Of a DNA stretch of 64,000 bases, positions 39,258 to 48,363 are shown in pieces; position 1 is the first letter of the stretch; each line of letters begins with the position of its first letter. Source of the DNA: Andalucia godoyi And28. Its lineage: Eukaryota > Protista > Jakobida. The notes under the pieces were generated by a model. It saw nothing but the letters and a program-made list of their open reading frames with translations, searched no databases and had not been told where the DNA came from. Both the position numbers and the translations under genes were made by a program. The DNA is taken from positions 446,106 through 510,105 of the forward strand of contig VRVR01000004.1 of NCBI GenBank assembly GCA_009859145.1, written 5' to 3'.

Positions 39258-40172
39258 ATGGCGCTGATCAGCTTGAATCTGCGTCGCTTTGCAGTGTTCC
39301 ATCCCCAAAAGCTGAGTGTTCCGGGACTGACGTTTACGTCCTCGGTTGTTTTTTTCCTGGTATACATTGTGCTCAATTCTTTCCTGGTCGTGAGACTCCG
39401 CCAGTTTCGTCACCGTCATGACGACGGCGGTGATGGCGATGGTCGTGATGGCGATCATGGCCATGGGTTTCATCGCGAGTACTTCTTCAACGCGAACCTC
39501 GTGTTTCTCATCCCGGCAGTCTTGTATTTGCTTGCTGCTCTTCGCAGTCGGTCCTACCTTCGGAACCTGTCCATGCAATCACAGCAGTACCAACATCAAA
39601 ACCAAAACGGATACGAGTACCAACTTCTCCAACAGCAGCAACATCAACAGCGCCCGACTGGACGGACTCTGGACCGATTGCTGGTTTCGATTGCGTTTGC
39701 CTTTTCGTGTTTTCTTGCGTGTGTCATTGTGGGGGTATTTGTGCTGCAGCTGATCTTCACACTTGCTCGTGGGCCGCATGTCCACAGGATCCAGCTGCTG
39801 ATGCTCTTCATTGGTTCGGCGTTCGCAATGTCGATTTCATTGGCAGCCGTCTTTGGATACCATGCAATGCAGAAGACGTCGCGAAACGAGCTTGGTCGAT
39901 CACTCAGTGCAGAGGATGTGCGGGACCAGCCTCTTGCAGATGGCCAGTATGGTCAATATGGACAACAACACGCCCAGTATTCGCGAGTCCGAGACGAGGA
40001 AGATCGGGCTGTCGCGTCCAGCGCAGGCAGGTCCGATGTCGCCGAGCTGAGGAGGCCCCTTCTTGGTCAGGCCATTGACGACGACGACGACGACGACGAT
40101 ACTGGTGCTGGCTATTACAATGGTCACGACAATGACGATGATGTTATCATTCACGATGACGGCGTTGCGTAA
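39258..40172 (+). CDS. Hypothetical membrane protein (about 4 TM) with Q-, D- and H-rich loops
   Basis: ATG 39258; hydrophobic segments separated by low-complexity loops. Confidence 0.7.
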   Translation: MALISLNLRRFAVFHPQKLSVPGLTFTSSVVFFLVYIVLNSFLVVRLRQFRHRHDDGGDGDGRDGDHGHGFHREYFFNANLVFLIPAVLYLLAALRSRSYLRNLSMQSQQYQHQNQNGYEYQLLQQQQHQQRPTGRTLDRLLVSIAFAFSCFLACVIVGVFVLQLIFTLARGPHVHRIQLLMLFIGSAFAMSISLAAVFGYHAMQKTSRNELGRSLSAEDVRDQPLADGQYGQYGQQHAQYSRVRDEEDRAVASSAGRSDVAELRRPLLGQAIDDDDDDDDTGAGYYNGHDNDDDVIIHDDGVA

Positions 40173-40647
40173 AAATTTAGCAGTGGAGCGATGTTTGCGT
40201 TGATGTGTTTCCCCGATTTCGGTGTTTTCTGTCCTCTTTGGCTGATCTTTTAAAAAAATAAATAAATAAATAAATAAATATTAAAAAAAATAAAATAGTT
40301 CTTGCATTGACTTGGGAAAGCACTTTCATCCTCGTGCTCTTTTATTAATGTACTTTTTATGATTGTTGTTAAAAGCAGTGCGTGCTGTCTTGCCTCGCCC
40401 TGAAAAACAGTGACAGCAAAAAGACGCACAAAAGCGCACAGCTGCAGCGGGGAAGAGGAGGATCCGTGGACATTTCCTGCTGTACTGTGCGCTTGCCAAC
40501 CTTTTCTCCGTGAGCGATGGAAGAAGAAACCCATGTCTGGCTGGGAGAGGAGTTCTTCGTTTTTTCTTCCATACTCGATTGCGAACTTGCCATTCTCCGA
40601 GACCCAAGAAGCAGGGAAACTAATACATCACAAAGGACTGAAGACGG

Positions 40648-41304
40648 ATGTCGCTTGAAGACTCGAAGTTGTCGACGCTTACGTCGCTGATTGATGTTCT
40701 GTCGTCTGCGCTTCGCAGCGAAGAGGATGCGTTTCGTTCGGATGCGGATGCGATTGCCAAGCTGGACCGCGATATTCTGGCTTCTTTGCAGCAGTATGAA
40801 GATCTAGAGTCGACAATGTCTGTCTTGTCCGACTCGCAGAAGCGCATCATTACGGGACTCGACGTGCTGTCGAAGTCGCAAGCTGAGATTCTGGACGAGC
40901 TGGGAAAATTAGAGAACTCGCTTTTCCAGCGCTCCAATGCTGCTGGTTCTTCGACGGATTTATTGGGTTCGTTTGGCGGGTCCGGGTTTGCGGGTGCGGA
41001 TGCGGCGACTGCTGGCCGAGATCGCGAACAGGCATTCCGAGTTGCAGAGGGTGTGAATGAAGCTCTCGAAGCTGCAGAGGAACATGTGCAGAGTATCCTC
41101 GAGAATCTGAAGAAGAAGGAGCCAACTCGCGTGTTCCGGGTGTCGACTGCGGCTGAAACGACTGTCGAGGAAGGAACTGGATCTGTGGCAGCAGTGGTTG
41201 CGATGTTGGATGAGCAGCTTCGACAGCTTGGAGACGTTCAGACGCTTGCTCGAGAACTCGACGAAGATGCAAAGCGAATTCGGTCTCGAATGCCTGTATC
41301 GTGA
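40648..41304 (+). CDS. Nup62/Nsp1 C-terminal coiled-coil-like protein lacking FG repeats
   Basis: LTSLIDVLSSALRSEEDAF...LDRDI...QKRI...LDVLSKSQAEI...L..LE...DREQAFRVAEGVNEAL parallels the Nsp1_C pattern. In-frame TGA 9 nt upstream of the ATG. Confidence 0.65.
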   Translation: MSLEDSKLSTLTSLIDVLSSALRSEEDAFRSDADAIAKLDRDILASLQQYEDLESTMSVLSDSQKRIITGLDVLSKSQAEILDELGKLENSLFQRSNAAGSSTDLLGSFGGSGFAGADAATAGRDREQAFRVAEGVNEALEAAEEHVQSILENLKKKEPTRVFRVSTAAETTVEEGTGSVAAVVAMLDEQLRQLGDVQTLARELDEDAKRIRSRMPVS

Positions 41305-41564
41305 TGACGACGGTGATTTGCTGTTTGTTTTTGTTTGCTGCTGTGGTTTTTCTGGTTCGCACCTCTCTTCAATATTTAGTCATGTAAATAACAGAATCAT
41401 TCAGAAACCGAAGGAGAAAGGCGGAGAAGAAAAGGAAGTTCATCTATGTTTACTGTACAATACCTATTTTTTCTCGCCCTCGCGCGCTGTGAGTTTGATG
41501 AAGAATGGAAGATCGCGGAGGACAAAATTGGTGGGAGAGGGGAGGAGGAATGTGCTATACATTA

Positions 41565-42413
41565 CTACATCATGCTCGACTTGCGCGAATGAAGAATAGC
41601 TGCGGTAATGTACCCGACAATCACGACAGATACGAGCAAGACCGGGCCGCAGCTCAGGGGTTGGGAATTTGCAAAGGATATGAAATAAAACGACAAGTGG
41701 AGAGCGCAGCAGAGCAGAAACACATGAAAACGAGAACAAAGCCGACGTCGTGGAAAGACGACAACGGGAAGGCCCGTCCATCCGAACAGTAGCAAACATG
41801 TCAAGCCAGCGTGGGTCCAAACAGTGAACATTGCAAGAATCGCCGAGTACTCGAAATACGACCATGTGTCGCATGAATCCGTGTAGCGCGTTCCTGGTTC
41901 GAACGCGAAGTACGCAACTGGCAGAAAAGGAATGGATGCAAGAGAACAGCCGTATCCGATTCCAGCGGCCAATGCACACACGATGTTTCCAACATCACGG
42001 CGCACTCGCCTGACGATTCCATGAACAGCCTCGAGTAAGGACGGTGCGCTGGCCTGCGCACCCGAAGCGTCCTGTACACTGCTTGGCGCAGCGTGGAGTT
42101 GTCGCGAGAACGACGCTTCTGTTTGCAGCATCAACCGAACGAGCGCAACACGAAACAGTTCTGACAGGAGCACGGAGACGAAGGAAGCAATGTCTGCATA
42201 GACCCGGGTCATCAGCACGTTGTCGGACGGAGTGCTTGCAAGTCGTAGCATCGCCGCAAGCATCGCGGACAGCGTGATGGACAGCAGTCCAATGGATGCA
42301 CCAAGAATGCTGAGCACAACAAGTTGCGGATCATTCCTACTTAACACACCAAGAAAGGTCAGCGGAGGCCCATATGCAACCGCCAAACACCCAAGCCCAG
42401 CAATAAGCCCCAT
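41565..42413 (-). CDS. APH1: Gamma-secretase subunit APH-1
   Basis: MGLIAGLGCLAVAYGPP, SVLLSELFR, AAGIGYG (GxxxG), EPGTRYTDSC, WTHAG and ALHL with about 7 TM; ATG 42413. Confidence 0.85.
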   Translation of the reverse strand: MGLIAGLGCLAVAYGPPLTFLGVLSRNDPQLVVLSILGASIGLLSITLSAMLAAMLRLASTPSDNVLMTRVYADIASFVSVLLSELFRVALVRLMLQTEASFSRQLHAAPSSVQDASGAQASAPSLLEAVHGIVRRVRRDVGNIVCALAAGIGYGCSLASIPFLPVAYFAFEPGTRYTDSCDTWSYFEYSAILAMFTVWTHAGLTCLLLFGWTGLPVVVFPRRRLCSRFHVFLLCCALHLSFYFISFANSQPLSCGPVLLVSVVIVGYITAAILHSRKSSMM

Positions 42414-42808
42414 TCCACTCTCTGTCGCCAAACAACTCAGCCAACCAACCCAGACTCGACAAGTAGTTTTTCTCCATGCATTCAGATCAAACAAGAAATC
42501 CCAAATTGGGCGTCGGCGGGAAATGCTGCATGTCTGAAAATCCCCGATCGATGTTCGTTCGCGTTGCCTCAGACAAGCTGTCAGCCAGCGCGCCTTTTCT
42601 CTTCTCGTCTGTCTCTCATTCGGCGTTCTGGACGTTTCGTAAACTGAAAATCGGGAATCGCTTTTCGTTTTGGGAGCCTCTGAGCGAATGGAGACAGACA
42701 GTCCGTTTGTCATGTATGCTGTCATATACAGGTATGTATGATGATGTTTTTTTAATTTATGGCTGTTGAATATGCAAGTGTGGGACTGACCGTTGCTTCA
42801 TTTCGTAC

Positions 42809-42809
<1 letters not shown>

Positions 42810-42847
<38 letters not shown>
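42810..42847. repeat. (CA)n microsatellite
   Basis: Direct reading. Confidence 0.95.
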
Positions 42848-42848
<1 letters not shown>

Positions 42849-42860
42849 AATTCATTAGAG

Positions 42861-43696
42861 ATGACGATTTGTTGGGCCATTATCAGCCGTCGGTCGGAAA
42901 CTTCAGGACTGTCGTTCCAGAGTTGGTGAGCGTTCTTCCAAAGGATCACGAAGACCAGGGCGGACTGTACAAGTATGAGCGCTTTCTAAACCATGAAAAT
43001 CTGACTGTTTCACGCATTATTCCGTATGCAATGCATGCATGCTTCGTGCAACTTTTTGCTAATCATTCCCACCGCTTCCACTGTCTCTCCCATTTCGGTT
43101 TTTGCCATCTGGTGTGAGCTATTCGTGTTTTCGATGATAGGCTTGGAAGCTTTCGTTTCTTGTACGTCCGCGCGCTTGAATACTTGTATGGGGTGGTCAT
43201 TTCCGACGTATTTCCGTATGAACTCGGATTTGCTTACTTGCAGGAGCTTTCCGGGCAATTCATGAAGCAGTTTTATGAAAAGGCGCCTTCTGCCTTGCGT
43301 TTGGAATTGCAGTTTGAGCTGCTGTCCATTTTTCATGCGGCTGCAGAAAAGTTTCGGAGCATGGAATCTGAAGATGCCTTAGAAGCTGTGGAAAGGGTAC
43401 CCGACTACCTTCGGAAAATCAAGATGCAGTCTGCAAAATCAGTCTTACCAGTTGGGAAGAACCCGCATGTCTACGGCGCTCCGTCTCTGTACCGGGCAAA
43501 GCGCATCTATCAGCTCCACGAATCGGAAAACTTCAAGGAGTTCCGAGTGTCGTGGGCCTCAAGACACCAGACCTTGATCATTGTCCTGATCGGCATTGCG
43601 CTCATGATTGTGTTTTTGTACGTGTTCCTCATTTCGGTGCTCTTGGGAACATGGCCAAATCTCTTGAATCGGTCCGATTACAACCTTGGATCGTAG
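42861..43696 (+). CDS. Longin-domain tail-anchored protein (Sec22/VAMP7-like); exon structure unresolved
   Basis: MTICWAIISRR (longin beta1-like) at 42861; SFRFLYV...YGVV...FPYELGFAYLQELSGQF is longin-like; C-terminal TM. Joining the parts needs at least one intron (candidate donors GTGAGC, GTATGA; acceptor TAG at 43140). Confidence 0.65.
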
Positions 43697-43824
43697 TGTC
43701 TTTACGTGCTTTTCTTTTCATCTGACAATAACGTCTCGCTTGAATCTTTTCAATATGTTGATGATTCCATTTCAGCGTTTTGACAGCTTCTTATTTTTTC
43801 TTTCTTTCTTTTTTCTTGTTGTCG

Positions 43825-44915
43825 TTAGTCGTCCCATCGCATATCTTCTTCGTCCAATTGCACATCCAACTTCCTCGCCGTTTCCTCAGGAATTGCAGCA
43901 GGGCTGTTCTTCTTGAACATCCGCGAACGTTTTACAGGCCTTTCGGCTTCCGCAATTGTGCAGGACGTTCTCTTCCGCTCCTTTTCCTTGTCAGCCCTTG
44001 CCATCCGCACTCGATCCTTGTCCTTTTCAATGTTTTTGTCCATCTTTTCAGAAATGTTCTTCAGCAGATCTTCGTAGACCTGCCATTCGATACTAATGTG
44101 GATTTTTCTTGTGATGCTGGTAGGGGCATGTGCTTTTCTTGGATCGGCATCGGACAGTAGCAGCTTCACTTCGTGATGCAATTGAATGACTTCTTCGAAC
44201 GGGATTGCGATATTGTGGTCGAGCTTGGCCCACAGCGCGTCCTTTGCAGCGTAGAATACGCCGAGCTGAAGTTTCTTGGCATCTTGGGACATGATGGGCA
44301 TTCTCATCATCAAGTATATTTTGATCTGATCCAAGCCAAATGAAAAGTCATCCTGAAATTGCTGGACTAGAAACAAAACCTTGACAAACAAGTCGTAATC
44401 CAGGCTGGATTTCGGCGTCTTCAGCCGAGTCGAGATCAGTGCGAAGACGTGCAGCAAATGATTTCTGTCGCCAAACAGTATTTTCCCCCTCGTATTTCCC
44501 CATTACATGGTTGTTGTCGTCGTTGTTGTCAATATTTGGTAAGAACACGAGGTCTGTGCAGGGTCAGAAAGGGGAGGGGGGGAAATAGCAAAGGAAGGAA
44601 AGGAAAAAAAGAAAGAAAAGAAAAAAAAAAAAAGAAAAAAGAACGCACATACGTGTCAACAAAGTACAGTCGGGATAGCAGCGATGCCGCGTTCGGATCC
44701 AATGCTAGAAAATTGCAGAATTCCAAAAGCGTGACAACAGATGCTTCGTTGGCAACTGCAGCGTCTGCGCTCACGCTCCGGGAATTGCGCTCTGCAACTC
44801 TTGCTTGCACTGGAGTTTGTGGAGGGTTTCCTGATTCTGCCGAGAGTAATTGTCGCTTGCAAAGCGATACAAATGGATGGTGGATTGCAGATACAGCCTT
44901 ACGGAATGTGTCCAT
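43825..44915 (-). CDS. Two-exon hypothetical protein, possibly cyclin-box-like fold
   Basis: Exon 1 from ATG 44915; intron 44652..44465 (GTATGT...CAG, 188 nt, poly-T) restores the frame into track ORF 43825..44457. The fold guess is weak. Confidence 0.55.
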
Positions 44916-45787
44916 TTTCTTATTCTTTCCTTCTTTTGGCTATCCAGTTTGTTGGTTTGTTTTGCTGTGGCTTCGACGCCGTAGAAGAGGATGTTGACAG
45001 AGGAAAACTCTAGGTGGGAAATGTAATATCTCAATGTAAAGCAAATGGAGGGGAAAAGTACCATGCAACGTAAAAGAGAGAAACAAAAAAAAAGATATTA
45101 AAACATGAAGAAAAGAAAACTTAAATTAAAAAAAATAAAATTGGGTGGACGATTCGAAGAGTCTTGGAACTGCAAAAATTCAAATTCGCGGACACGTGAT
45201 GGATGCTGCTGAATTACGAATCCCGCCTCCGCCAAATGCAGAAAATGCGTGAAAAATTCCCGACTTGAGGTTACTTGAGTCCAGCATCAAATGCTGCTTT
45301 GTCCATGAAGGGCATTTTTGTATCTTTGTGAAAGAAGTCGTGTCTCCAGAGCGAGAAGTCCGATTTCTCTGCATTTTTCTTGTCGCAGCTTTATAAAGCG
45401 GAGTAGTTCGCTTTTCTCTGCCATCCGCCAGTCAAATGATCTTTTCTCTGCCACGTACAAAGTATGTTACGCTCGCTCGTTCAAGTCCCGGCAATCGCAC
45501 GCATCCGCAGGCACGCACTCGCTAACCGTTTTCCTCCTTCCTCCCCTCCCTTCATTTTTCTTCTTCTTCTTTCGTCTCTGCTCTCCAAACGTAGGTCCTC
45601 GAAGAATGCGCTGTCCAGCCGACGTCTGCTGCACACAGATTTCTCAGGCCGTCCCACCGACTGTGCAGTATGCCTTCTTTTTGCAAGTCGCAGCATCTTG
45701 TTTTTGTTGAAATCATTTTCTGACACTGCATTCTCCCAGAGTTCTCCGACCAAGGACACAATATTGCGAAGACTGAAACGGCTGGAC

Positions 45788-46321
45788 ATGGCCACGCCAC
45801 GTGCGTTTTCAAGTCTGCATGCTCTGGTGACCCCAAAGCCGGCACCGGGTTCCTCTGTTCCTTTCCCTGTTGTTCACACGGTGGACTGCCTTCCGGATGA
45901 ACCGTCAGACGTAAGCAGAAATGGCAGTTTCGGGGACCACACAGACAACTTTGAATTACTGCTGGACCAGCCATATGCTGGAATGTCGCATGAAAGTACA
46001 CTCTTGTTCCCGGGCAGAGAGCGGGAGTACATCATCGGCGGAATCCAGGATCCGATGAGCGGTGTCGAGATTGATCATTCTCAACTGACTGAGGAGGATC
46101 ACATGTTCACGTCTTCCGGTCGCAGCTATGCAGTCGATTGTGAATCGTCGTCACTGGAATGCGAGAGTGGGGTTGACGCTGACAGCAGTTGGGAGCATGA
46201 ACTGGATTCCGTGTTGTCTGCAATGGAGGGAGACGGTACACCGCAGGCACCATCCATCTGGGAAGATGACCCGGAAACGGACGGAGTTTTTTGGAACAGT
46301 GAAAACCCGTGGGAAGGATAA
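45788..46321 (+). CDS. Hypothetical acidic disordered protein (start uncertain)
   Basis: ATG 45788 inside track ORF 45464..46321; no family recognised. Confidence 0.55.
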   Translation: MATPRAFSSLHALVTPKPAPGSSVPFPVVHTVDCLPDEPSDVSRNGSFGDHTDNFELLLDQPYAGMSHESTLLFPGREREYIIGGIQDPMSGVEIDHSQLTEEDHMFTSSGRSYAVDCESSSLECESGVDADSSWEHELDSVLSAMEGDGTPQAPSIWEDDPETDGVFWNSENPWEG

Positions 46322-46497
46322 GACTCTGCAAAAAGGGATATGAATGATGTTTTTACATTTAATTATAAAAAAAAATAAAAAAAAAATGGAGAAAAAAGGG
46401 CAGGTAGAAAAGAAGAAGAAAAAGCAAAATAATAGGATCGCTCAATGTACAGTTCAGTGACAGAAAAAGGAGAGAAGAAAAGAGGAGAGCACGCCGG

Positions 46498-47826
46498 TTA
46501 AGACAGCGTCTGGGCCAGCGCCGTCGTCGATGTTTCCTGCTCAATATCGTAAATGAGTTTCTGCAATAGGATTTTGCTGGCGTCGCAGACGTAGGTAAGA
46601 TCCAGCGATTGATGTCCTCGAACACCTGCGTCAAGGACATTAACGACGTCCGTCAAGGCTTCTCGTAACCGGGCCATGAGTGAGACCCGTTCTACACGCC
46701 GATCGCCACTCTGTCTGATCAGCAGCGATAATGCGCCCGTATCTGGAGGAGGGCGGATTGTGACGGAATCCAAGAGTTTCCGCAGATTTTCGTACTTGCT
46801 CTGCCAAATCTCGGAAGACTCGATGGCCTTGCCCACGTCTGTCTTCTGATCTGCAATCGTCCTTTTCAGCGCTGCAATCTGTTCTTCGAGCTCGCTCGTT
46901 CGCTCTCGCCACTTCTTGACAGACTCCTGCTCCGACTTGACCGCCTCTTTGCGGCCTTCGTCTGCTTTCGAAGAGAAGACACCCAGTTTTTCCTGCGCAA
47001 GTTCGTAACTTCGCTGCCACATTTCAGAACTTTTGATGAGTTTCGCAATGTCGTCCCGTTGCTCTGCGATCTGTCGCATCAACTGGTCCTTTTCATCGCC
47101 CAGCAAGCGAACCATGCTCGACAACTCGTCGTAAGAAACTTTTGGAACCATGATGTCCAGAATTTGAAGACTCAGCGAAGCAATCCATTCGTCTTTGCTT
47201 TTCGACGTATCACGCAGCGGATTCGTCAGCGTGCTCAGCAGCAAGTCCTTGCTGCCTCGGGCAAGATTGTACAGAGATCGAGTTGCATACCTCTGGAAAA
47301 GCGCATCTCGTTCGGCCAAGTAGTCCATCACCACATTCCACACACCGCGCGCCAGTAAGCTCTCGTGACACGCACTGAGTTTGGTGAACTCTGAGATGGC
47401 CCGCATGCACTGGTCTTCGATTTCGCGGTACTCGGTAACCCGTAGCACAGAAAAGCACTTCAGGTGAGCATTGTCCTGGATAAGCATTTGCCGATACGCA
47501 TTCTTTTCCGCGAGATTCGCCAAGACCGTGGATGAATACAGTGCAGTTTGAACAGAAGGCGACTTTACGCCGTCCAGCGCAAGGTCCAGAATTCGGCGAA
47601 TCGCAGAGTGGGGTTCTGACTCGGTCCACCGTATCATCGACAGGGAATAGAGCACGAGTTCAATTGTGTTTGCATCCGACGACGTCAAATGCCGGTCGAC
47701 AAGCCCAGCAATTTCCGAGTACGACATTACGTCGGTTGTGTTCTTCACGAGCAACGCCAGCTGCTCCAGCTCATTTCCTCCTCCGTGAGAAGAATAGCCA
47801 GATACAGGAGACGTATTCGAGGCCAT
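46498..47826 (-). CDS. Armadillo-repeat + coiled-coil protein
   Basis: ARM-like units (STVLANLA, MRAISEFT, ATRSLYNLA) followed by heptad-rich segments; ATG 47826. Confidence 0.75.
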   Translation of the reverse strand: MASNTSPVSGYSSHGGGNELEQLALLVKNTTDVMSYSEIAGLVDRHLTSSDANTIELVLYSLSMIRWTESEPHSAIRRILDLALDGVKSPSVQTALYSSTVLANLAEKNAYRQMLIQDNAHLKCFSVLRVTEYREIEDQCMRAISEFTKLSACHESLLARGVWNVVMDYLAERDALFQRYATRSLYNLARGSKDLLLSTLTNPLRDTSKSKDEWIASLSLQILDIMVPKVSYDELSSMVRLLGDEKDQLMRQIAEQRDDIAKLIKSSEMWQRSYELAQEKLGVFSSKADEGRKEAVKSEQESVKKWRERTSELEEQIAALKRTIADQKTDVGKAIESSEIWQSKYENLRKLLDSVTIRPPPDTGALSLLIRQSGDRRVERVSLMARLREALTDVVNVLDAGVRGHQSLDLTYVCDASKILLQKLIYDIEQETSTTALAQTLS

Positions 47827-48196
47827 GGCAGTTTGGTTGCAGAGTGCAGAGTGCAGAGTGCAGAATGAGGAGTGAGTGAGTGAGTGAGTGAGTGAGTGCG
47901 AAAAGCCACACGGTGCAACACCCAAGTAAAAGGAAATAATACCAGATACGTTTCCTCGGCAGTTTTCCAAGCACTTGCAACGCACCTCCAAGCATCAAGT
48001 GACTCTTTTTTTTGACTCCCGTTGGCTCGTGAGATCTATTTTATCAAAAAATAGTCGATGGGGAAACTGGGAAGACTTCTGGAGCTCTGTTTTCCACCCT
48101 TCTCTTGGGCGGTGTGTATCACACACATTTAATTGTGCAAGAGTCAGCCGCGCTTTACCTTTATGAAACGGAGACGTCAGAGAGGCCGATTTCCGA

Positions 48197-48297
48197 ATGA
48201 GTGCTTCTGTAGAGGATTGTGCGCGGAATATTGAGCGCATGCTGGACGAGATGGAGTCGTTTGTGGCTGTCAAGCAAGCACGATCCACCCCCCACTT

Positions 48298-48363
<66 letters not shown>

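Noticed and set aside
23600-43117. Alternative genetic code or selenocysteine suggested by single in-frame TAA (23602-23600) and TGA (43115-43117)
   Set aside because: All three stops terminate conserved genes here (GFAT TGA, UPF3 TAA, ArsC-like TAG). Both sites fall inside plausible GT-AG introns, and the TGA is not at a redox motif.
24616-47897. Short tandem units (CAGACCG/CAGATCT at 24616; GCAGAGT and GAGT near 47840-47897) as CRISPR-like or functional arrays
   Set aside because: No spacers and 4-7 bp units; best explained as slippage repeats.
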